NCBI GenBank assembly: GCA_008690995.1
Contig: VRMN01000002.1
Span: forward strand, 2,356,001 to 2,407,698
Source of the DNA: Porphyridium purpureum
Lineage: Eukaryota
DNA length: 51,698 bases
Direction: 5' to 3'
The notes beneath the pieces are model-generated. The model had not been told where the DNA came from. It was given only the letters and a program-made list of their open reading frames with translations, and ran no database searches. Positions 42,501 to 51,698 of this stretch are shown piece after piece; position 1 is the stretch's first letter, and every line of letters begins with the position of its first letter. The translations under genes and the position numbers were made by a program.

Positions 42501-42983
42501 CAAAGTCGCGGATCATGGCGATACGCGGGCGCCGTTTCTTTTGAGCTTTTGCTGTGACAGCGGGCGGGGCGGTGCGCCAGAGGACAAGCGCTCAGCGATC
42601 GAGTGGCCACGCAAGGCCGCCGAATATGGAGACGCACTGGCACAGTGCGATTTGGGCGCTTCGTTTTCTAATGAGTCAGGCAGGCTGTGCGAGGACAAGC
42701 TCGCGATGGGTTAGTGGTGGCGCAAGGCCACGGAGTAAGGAACCGCAGGGAAGCAATAAAATTTATGCACTTGCTACCGTATTGGTTAAGGCAGTGTGCG
42801 CAAATCCAGACGCGACAGCTGCGCAAGGGATGAGCGCGGGTGCGCTTGAGCACACGTGAGAATGAGCATGAGTGAGCACGAGTGAGCACGAGTGAGCACG
42901 AGTGAGCACGAGTGAGCACGGATGATCGCACAGAACACTACTCCAGACGACAGAACACCACCGAAGACTACAGAACACTACTG
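39565..42983. repeat. Subtelomeric block type II, copy 1 (AT-rich modules, G-rich tracts, SEL1-gene relics, 10-bp minisatellite, short satellite)
   Basis: Near-identical to 47799-51256; internal duplication ~39955-40330 vs ~41145-41520; (GAGTGAGCAC)n at ~42860-42920. Confidence 0.92.
40480..42830 (+). pseudogene. Decayed fragments of a paralog of the kinase-SEL1 gene (40480-40590 and ~41620-42830); repeated at 48728-51095
   Basis: ctgggcaagattttg..gagccagcacttgga..cgcgcagcagctgagaaa aligns to 4302-4400; EQAHRDAADGQQRGQ and AAVEWWHKAAEQGLAVAQFYLG align to 4890-5200; stops and frameshifts present. Confidence 0.85.
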
Positions 42984-43004
42984 AGGTTACTCTAGGGTTA
43001 CTCT

Positions 43005-46000
43005 GAAATCGTTTTACATTATAAATCTAAAGGGCCTAAGCTCTGTACCTATGTATCAGCAAAGTCAGTGCGACTCTGCTTCCGATTCCGAGAGTACCTC
43101 GCCTACAAAGAGGCGCCTGCCCGTCTCCAGCCAGTGCTGCGAGGCAACTGGCAGAGTCGGGCCCGGGTGCCGTAGAAGCACCGCCGCCGCCACCGAGCGG
43201 TACACCGCGAGCGACAGCGACCGGTGGAGCGCCGTGCTCGCCAGCATCTTGCTGACTCCACGGTGCCGCATGTACGCCGCCACCAGAGTCTCCAGAAACG
43301 CGGCTCCGCACTGTTCGCGCCGGCCGTACGTGTCCAGAATGACCGCCTGGAACGACACGCCAGCAGCGTCGCCGGTGCGCGCAGCAGCCTGGAAGGAGGC
43401 CTGCTTGCGACGCGCCGCTGCCGCCAGTGCCGCTCCGTCGGACCGCCTGGTGCCGGTGCGGTCGGGCACCACCACCGCCCACATCGACCCACGTGCTGTC
43501 CACGCGCAGGTCGCCCGGCCGGCGCAAGTCAGCCGCGCCGGGAAGAGCGCACCTCGCGCTCCACCGGCAAACCAGCGCGCGCGCAAAGGCAACCACGGCG
43601 TCGACCACCAGTGCGTGCCGACCGTACCGCGACGGCCCGAGGCGAGCGCGTGGTGACCGTGCTGGTCCAGCGCGCCCCGCAGACGGCATCCGAGCTGCCC
43701 GATAGCGCCGGACACGGACGCCGCGCTGCGTGGCTCACAGACAGGCCAGCATGTGTCGCACAGCCACGCGCCATGCAGCTGCACTCGGCGGCGCGCTTCC
43801 GTGCGTGCCGGCCAGCTGCGTGGCAGACGGCATCCCGAGCCACGCCAGCGCGTGCGGCGAGCTGACGCTGCGACGTCGGTGAAAGTCTGGGTCGGACGGG
43901 GCCGGCGCGTGGGACCAATCTGAGCACCATTGTCGATAAAAGCGACGGCTCCCACGTGCCTGCGAGTCCAGCAGGGCTTCCACATCTTCGTCTGGCTCCA
44001 GGCGCCACTGCGCCACGGCGTGTGCGTCTCCGTCAAACCTTCGCCACCACTGCGCGAGCGACGGAGGGTACACGCGTGCGGGCGGGTTGTCCACCACGCG
44101 CGCGGCAGCACGACTGCCGGCGGCAAACGCAAACGGCGCAATGTCTGCCACTGCGGTCAGTCCCAAGCCGCCAAGCGAGCACGGCAGCCGCCACTCGGCC
44201 TTGCACGGCTCGCCGACCTCGTGTGCCATCACACCCAGCGCGCGCGCGACAATGCTGCGCCACGCGCGGTCAAACTCGGCAAAGATGCGAGTCACGACGG
44301 GCGGAGGCATGGTGCGCGCCAGGTGCATCAGGCGCTTTGGCCCGACGCTGCCCCGCAGGAGGTAGAACGCCTCTTCGGGGTGGCTGAGCTTGGCCACCTG
44401 CTCCGCCAGCTGGAGCACCTGCGCGCTCGCGTTGGTGATCGGCACGAGCGACTCGCCACTGCCGGTAAAGTCGAGCGGCACACCGAGCAGCTGCGCTTGG
44501 TCCCACGCCAGACGCGGCAGGTCGGCGAGTCCCGCGGGCACGACTGCCGTGTGCATTCCGGGAGGCAGTACCAGCTGCGTCTTGGTGCGGTTCACGCACA
44601 TGCCGTGCACGGCCGCGTCGCTCGAAAAGGCGTCCAGGAAGCCTTCCAGCTGCGCGAGCGGCCCCACAATGCTGCCGTCGTCCAAGTACCAGAACGACGA
44701 CAAGCCCGGCGACTCGGTGTCTGCCAGCACCTTGTGCAGCACCAGCGAGAACAGCAAGGGCCCCAGCGGGTCGCCCTGCTGCACGCCGCACGCGCTGGCC
44801 AGCACATGGGCGCCCACTCGCAGCGGAGCCGGATGCGCGTACGTTGAGCGCACCAGCGGCCACAGCGCGGGGAAACGGCCCTGCACGATGCGCATCAGCG
44901 TGGGCCGGTCGACGCAGTTGAACGCGTTCGCAATGTCGACGAGCAGCACGGCTGTGCCTGGACTCTGCATCGCGGGCGCGTCCCCAGCACCGCGCCTTCG
45001 AGCCCGGCCGGGCGTCCCACGCCGTACTGGTCGGGCCGGAGCGACTCGGCTGCGTCGCTGCCCAGGTGTGCCAGCACCAGCTTGCCCAGCACGCGCCGCA
45101 GCAGCTCGCCCACTGCAATCGGTCGGACGCCGCCGTCCTTCTTCTTGAGCGGGATGAGGCGTGCGTGGCTCCACAGCGCGCCAGCTTGCGGATGCAGACC
45201 AACACTGGCGATGCGCTTGAACGCGAGAGCCACGGCCCCGAGCGCCGTGTCACCCGCCACGGGCGTGCGGATGACCTGCTGCAGCACGCCTATGGACCAC
45301 CGCGACGGTCCGCACCCGCTGGTGTGCGGAATGGCCAGAATGGACTTGCGCACCGCCTGCGCGTCCCACGGCACGCGCATGCACTGCAGCTGGTCGATAC
45401 TGACCGACTCGACTGGTGCGACGAGCGCTGCGTCGTGGCTGCCGCTGCGAGCCCCTGCCTCTGGATGCAGCTCGCGCAAGCGCGCCAGCACCGAGTCCGT
45501 GACGTCGTGCACACCCGCCGACTCGACCAGTCGCGCCGCGGCGCCAATGTGGTTGGCGCGCACATGCTGCACGATGCGGTGCTCCACGGCCTCTGGTGGT
45601 ATGGGTCTGAGGTGTTGACCGTCCACCACAGGCACCGAGTCGAGCAGTGGCTCGAGCGCATCGGAGCGCCACATCTTGAGCCGCGTCGCCAGGTATCTTG
45701 CCCGCGCGCGCGTGCTCTGGCGCTCCATGGGCAGGCACAGCACCAAAGTCGGAAACACCCACAGCTTTCCGAGCGCGCGGACTTGTGCGGCCTCGGACGC
45801 GGCTTCGGCCAGCTCCGTGAGCATGCTGCTGAACTCGAGCGCAACGTCCGGCGCAAACTTTGCCGGTACGCGCTTCCACGTGCGCACGCGCAGCCCCAGC
45901 ACCCAATCTACCGTTTGAAGAATGGTGAGTATGGGGGCGTCGAGCAGCGGCGACGGCGGATGCGCAGCGGCGTGACGCGCCGTCGACACATGCGTGTCTG

Positions 46001-47606
46001 CGGCCGTGTCGGAGCCACTGCGGTGTCGTCGCATGCTCCGCTTGCGCCCGCTCGCTATGCAGACTGCGCGACCGCCGTGCCCTTCAAATGCCACAGCACA
46101 ACGCGCAGGATCCCGGCATCGACTGCGCTGGTGGCGCACGGACAGCGCAGGCAGCAAGCACATCGCGCCGCACGCCCGGCGTGCCAGCCCAACCGCTCTG
46201 AGCGCGTCCGGTGGCACTGCGGCAAGTGTTTCAGCCGAGTGATTACTGCCCGCCAAGTGCCGCAGCAGCCCAGCTGGCTCGGCCCACGAGGCCTCACAGC
46301 CTGCCACGGGGCACGCGTTCCACAGCGCTCGGCACGCTGGACACTGGCACGCGTCTTGGGGCTGCACGTCGCGCACCGCCCATCCGCACGCGTTTCGCCT
46401 CAAGTGCAGGCTGGACAGAAGCTCGGCACTCGCTGGCTCCGTCGGATGTGCCGCACGCCAGTGCTTGCCCAGCTGAGCCGCACTCTGGTAGCGTCGCATG
46501 CACTCGGCGGCCGGACATGCGTGCGGCGCTTCGAGCTGCGCCATCCGAGCCACGCTGCGTCGCGAAATGTCAAAGCCCGCCGGACGGAGCATGCGAGCAG
46601 AGCTGCGAACAGATGCGCTGTGGCCAAGCACGGCATCCCTGACCGCTATGTGTGCGGCAGGCCCCGCACGCTGGCGCGGTCGTCGTGCGGACCGACGTGT
46701 GGCGCGACCGTCTGCCGAGTCTGCGACACTGTGCGGAGATGCCACTGGCGCGTGCGTGGCTGCCAGCACCCTAGAGCTGGAGATGTGCGCATCCACCACC
46801 GCACTCTCTCGCGCAGGACCAGCACGCTCACGCAGTTCCACTGGTCCACCCGGCCGACTTTGTAGCCGGCCTCGCCCAGACGCTCGACGAGCGCGGGGGC
46901 GTGCGGGAGCCCATTCCGCGTCGCTTTCCTCACTTGAGGCTAGAAGACTTGCGCCGCGCGGACCGGGCCCTTCCCACGAGTCAGAAAGTGTCTCACTCAT
47001 GAGCCCCGAAGGGCGAAGCCGCCGAGGGAGCCGGAGTCACAGCGTGGACCTCCGGAAGTGCGGGAGCGGCAAACTCTTGGCCGCTGGCACGGCCCACTGC
47101 GGAACGGTGGGCGTGGGCCGTCTTGCACTGCATGCAGCGTGCGCGGTGCTGGTCCCGAGAGTGCGCAGAGCCGCTGAGCGCATGCCATGCTCCACACGGG
47201 TCTGCAGCGAGTCCTGCCTCGGCAAGCGCGTCTGTCGAGACCGCGTGATGCGCGCCGCGGTGGCGCGGTTTGCGTGGCGCACCATGCTGGCCTCGCGCGC
47301 CGCTCGGAACAAGCAGGCCGGAAACGGGCAGCGCAGCGCCTCGTCCGAGCTTTCGGAACGACTCGAGTCGCCGGCGTCAGAAGTTCCGGCGACCGGTGCA
47401 TGCTGCACAGCGTCATTCAACAGACAGGCGGCAGTGCTCAGACCCGCACTGTTCTGCTGCGCGTGCTCAACGCCTCTGTCTACTGCAGACTCTTGCTGCG
47501 CTGCTTCCGCCGTCACTCTAGGCACTTCTGCAGCCGCCCGGGAACGCTTGGGCAAAGTAGCCCGGGACGGAGACACCGTGCGCGATAACGCGGCAGCGGC
47601 GGGTCG
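43005..47606 (-). mobile_element. Non-LTR retrotransposon, CRE-clade-like (zinc fingers, RT, restriction-like endonuclease), with several frameshifts
   Basis: CPAAEC..HWRAAH and CPVAGC..HLAGSNH; LIPLKKKDGGVRPIAVGELLRR; QYGVG; VDIANAFN; GVQQGDPLGPLLFSL; WYLDD; GGLGL; RPGDLRV..VDV..K..ILDTYGR. Spread over ORFs 44895-47000, 43735-45174, 43036-43689 and 43065-44141. Confidence 0.9.
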
Positions 47607-47798
47607 CTAGGGTTACAGGCGTTTTTGAGGTACGGTGGGGCAGATCCTAGGGTAGGGTTTCTCTGCGCATACAGGTACAGCGATTACACTTGATCCAGCA
47701 GTACAGTATGTATAGGTTACAGGCGTTTTTGAGGTAGGGTGGGGCGTAGCGTAGGGTTCCTCACTTCGTGTTGAGGGTGCAGTGAGTACACTGGTCCT

Positions 47799-50700
47799 AG
47801 GGTTACATAGGGCGTTTGCACTCGCACTCGCTTGAAACCTCGTTTTATATAGTAAAACGTGGTTGTTTTGATATAAGAAACAGCGAGGTTTTAGTGATTT
47901 TTGCATAGTACAATGCCTCTGTTTTAGTAAGAAAAGTGTGTACTATAAAGGATAATTTATTCGCTATGAGAAACTAAGCATGTAAAAACGACCCAAACAT
48001 TGCGGTGTAATGCATTGTATTGCCATCCCTAATGGAGAACGAGGAAGCATATAAAAACGACACTGTTTGGATATCTTACTAGAGCATACGAGAATGCCAT
48101 AGTATTATGATGATGGTGACGGCCAAAGGGACGAGATTGACGCAAGGGCGGAGGTGTGTGGGCGATGGTGCGTTATACAGGTGGAAAAAAAAGTAGGGCA
48201 GATTGTCCAAAGTCCAAAGTTGCGATTTGTATAGTAAAATGGTATCGTTTTAATATAGAAAAATTTTACTATAGAGGTTCGTGTCCAAAGTTGACTTTTT
48301 CATATGTAAATGGCATTGTTTTAGTACGAAAAATTTAGCATAGAAAGACGACCCCCAAAAATGGGTGGTAATGCATTACATGGGCATCCCGAATTGGCTG
48401 TGAATAAGCATAGTAAAACAGTATTAGTTTGCTATGGTACCGAGCATGGAAAATTGGCACTGAAATGTCATAAAATGCGCATCAAGCTGGACTGAGGACG
48501 AAGTGCCTGTTGCGCGATCAGCGGGTGGTGCGGGCGGCGGGGTGAGGGCAATGGGGGCGCAGACGAGTTCAGGCGCGGGCGGGCGCGGGCGGGCGCCAGC
48601 GGAAGACACGGGCGGGTGCGGGCGCAGGCGCAGTCGGGCGGTGGGGCGCGGTGGGGCGTGGGCACGGGCGCGCGGAGGTACGCGAGTGGTGTCGGGCGGT
48701 GGCGTCGCGCGCGTCGGCGGGTAACGACTGGGCAAGATTTTGGTTGGCGTCTCGCACGGCACGAGCCAGCACTTGGAGCAAGGCGCGAGGTTGGGGCGCG
48801 CAGCAGCTGAGAAATGACACACGGAAGCCATATGGTAGGTTGATGTTAAAAAACATTAAAAAATTGTTTACTCAAGTATGCTACAAATTTGTCATTCAAA
48901 ATGGATATTGAATGATAGCCCGTGCTCACGCGCTCACAACGATATGCTTTGTATGTGAAACGATGCTTGTATGGCTGAGATATATGACTGTAAGTACCTT
49001 TGCAGCGGGTACGCCATTCGCAATGGTGGGTACATGATCCGCAGCCATGGGTCCGGCATCCGCATATGCTGAACCCCTCAAATCACGGGTGCCAGCAGAA
49101 CTTCTACCCTAGAGGTACAGTATCTTCATACTGGGGACGCGGTATCCGCTTATGATGGGCATGCCAGCCGCAGCATGTGTACAGTCACGCGAAACATAGT
49201 GGGCACGTGATTTGCAGGGTGGGTACGTGATCCGCAAGGTGGGGACGCGAGCCGCAAGGTGGGTACGCGAGCCGTAAAGTGGGTACGTGATCCGCACGTT
49301 GGGTCGAGTCAATAAGGGTACCATAATAAAATGGTGTTGATTTACTATAAGTGAGTACAACAACGATACTGTACAGTTGCACAGGGGAAAAGAAGAGTAG
49401 ATTGTCCATAGTCCAACGTTGCGTTCTGCATAGTACCACGGTATCGTTTTAATATGAAAATAATTTACCATAGCGGTTCGTGTCCATAGTTGCCTTTTTT
49501 ATAGGTGAATGGCATTGTTTTAGGCTGAAAGATTTAGCATAGAAAGACGACCCCCAAAATGGGTGGTAATGCATTACATAGGCATCCCGAATTCGCGGTG
49601 AATAAGCATAGTAAAACAGTATCATTTTGATATGATACCCGAGCATAGCAAATTACCATTGAAATGTCATAAAATGCGCATCAAGCTGGACTCAGGACAA
49701 AGTGCCTGTTGCGCGATCAGCGGGTGGTGCGGGCGGCGGGGTGAGAGACGTGGAGCGCGAACGGTTAAGACGCAGGCGGGCGCAGACGGGCGCGGGCGGG
49801 CGCGCAGGCGCAGTCGGAAGGGCGCAGGCACAGGCGCAGTCGAGCGGTGGGGCGCGTTGGGGCGCGTTGGGGCGTGGGCCGGCAAGGAGAAATGAGATTG
49901 TCTTGGGAAGTAGAGTGGGATCGCGAAGTGCGAAATGGACCTCGCTGCAGCGCAGCAGGGTGAAGGAGAAGCCACTTTCACGGAGCATGCGAGCGGCGAG
50001 AAGGAGAAGCAAGATTTGCGGCGTACTGCGCCGCCGCCGCCGAGCAAGCGTGCCGAAAGGAGGCGCAAAATTCGCCGGACAATGTGCCGCGGAGCATGTG
50101 CGGCGCGAGGAGGTGCGAGGTGATGTTGCACAACGCGATGGCGCAGCCGCCGCCGAGCAAGCGCGCCACAAGGAGGCACGGGATTCGCCGCACAACGGGC
50201 CAGTGCTGTGGAGCATGCGCGACGCAATGAGATGCGAAAAGATGTTGCACGACGCGAGGGTGCAGCCGCCGCCGTGCAAGCGCGCCGCTAGGAAGAGGCG
50301 CAAGAGCTTGCCGGATAACGCACCGTTGCCGCGGAGCACGCGCGCCATGAGCAGGTGCGAGATGTCACACAACGCGCCACTGTAACGGAGCAGGCGCACC
50401 GCGAGGAGGCGCGAGATTCGGCCGAACAATGCGACGGCGCCGCCGCCGCCGAGCAAGCGCACCGCGACGCTGCAGACGGCCAGCAACGTGGTCAGATTGT
50501 CGAGGACGACGACGGCCTTGCGGAATCGCTGATGTGGTTACGAGAGATGGCGCTGTTTGGAGACGCGTACGCGTAGGTCAGGCCGGGCCATGTCTATAGC
50601 GAGGGTTGGGGCAGGGTGCGCGAGGACGGTCACGCGGCGGTCGAGTGGTGGCACAAGGCCGCGGAACAGGGGCTTGCAGTGGCGCAGTTTTACTTGGGCT

Positions 50701-51256
50701 TTCTTTACAAAGGTGGGGATGGTGATCTGCCAAGAACGGAAGCGCAGCGGTCGAGGAGTTCCGCAAAGTCGCGGATCATGGCGATACGCGGGCGCCGTTT
50801 CTTTTGAGCTTTTGCTGTGACAGCGGGCGGGGCGGTGCGCCAGAGGACAAGCGCTCAGCGATCGAGTGGCCACGCAAGGCCGCCGAATATGGAGACGCAC
50901 TGGCACAGTGCGATTTGGGCGCTTCGTTTTCTAATGAGTCAGGCAGGCTGTGCGAGGACAAGCTCGCGATGGGTTAGTGGTGGCGCAAGGCCACGGAGTA
51001 AGGAACCGCAGGGAAGCAATAAAATTTATGCACTTGCTACCGTATTGGTTAAGGCAGTGTGCGCAAATCCAGACGCGACAGCTGCGCAAGGGATGAGCGC
51101 GGGTGCGCTTGAGCACACGTGAGAATGAGCATGAGTGAGCACGAGTGAGCACGAGTGAGCACGAGTGAGCACGAGTGAGCACGAGTGAGCACGGATGATC
51201 GCACAGAACACTACTCCAGACGACAGAACACCACCGAAGACTACAGAACACTACTG
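47799..51256. repeat. Subtelomeric block type II, copy 2
   Basis: Starts 8234 bp after copy 1; near-identical. Confidence 0.92.
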
Positions 51257-51277
51257 AGGTTACTCTAGGGTTACTCT

Positions 51278-51698
51278 GAAATCGTTTTACATTATAAATC
51301 TAAAGGGCCTAAGCTCTGTACCTATGTATCAGCAAAGTCAGTGCGACTCTGCTTCCGATTCCGAGAGTACCTCGCCTACAAAGAGGCGCCTGCCCGTCTC
51401 CAGCCAGTGCTGCGAGGCAACTGGCAGAGTCGGGCCCGGGTGCCGTAGAAGCACCGCCGCCGCCACCGAGCGGTACACCGCGAGCGACAGCGACCGGTGG
51501 AGCGCCGTGCTCGCCAGCATCTTGCTGACTCCACGGTGCCGCATGTACGCCGCCACCAGAGTCTCCAGAAACGCGGCTCCGCACTGTTCGCGCCGGCCGT
51601 ACGTGTCCAGAATGACCGCCTGGAACGACACGCCAGCAGCGTCGCCGGTGCGCGCAGCAGCCTGGAAGGAGGCCTGCTTGCGACGCGCCGCTGCCGCC
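51278..51698 (-). mobile_element. 3' end of another CRE-like copy, running off the window
   Basis: Matches 43005-43425, with the same GGTTACTCT|GAAATCG junction. Confidence 0.93.

Noticed and set aside
43930..47610. Long + strand ORFs over the non-LTR element
   Set aside because: Antisense frames of a GC-rich RT-coding region.
1..51698. Assigning a species or a non-standard genetic code
   Set aside because: No diagnostic marker gene; long ORFs read normally in the standard code, and the in-frame stops are explained by decay or readthrough.

Overview
Eukaryotic, intron-poor DNA that reads as a subtelomere, with the chromosome end to the right. The organism cannot be identified from the window. 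Positions 1-14 kb hold gene relics and two immune-receptor-like genes: an MLKL-like four-helix bundle + kinase + SEL1 gene with one frameshift, and a 21-repeat, highly internally conserved WD40 array fused to decayed EH/kinase sequence. Positions 14.2-51.7 kb are an accreted array. It has three full-length LTR retrotransposons with copia pol order (A, B, C) and three truncated ones, four of the insertions sitting in one 20-bp satellite. It also has two families of duplicated non-coding blocks and a CRE-like non-LTR retrotransposon whose 3' end always abuts a telomere-like TTACTCTAGGG/TTAGGG seed. Every truncated element is cut on its right side at such a seed. Main candidate novelty: elements A and C combine Ty3/gypsy-type Gag and protease, a -1 frameshift pseudoknot and non-TG..CA ends with Ty1/copia IN-RT-RH. 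Element C carries a TRF-like Myb domain after integrase, while A and the unrelated B share a coiled-coil motif at that position. All domain calls are by-eye motif recognition; no searches were run.
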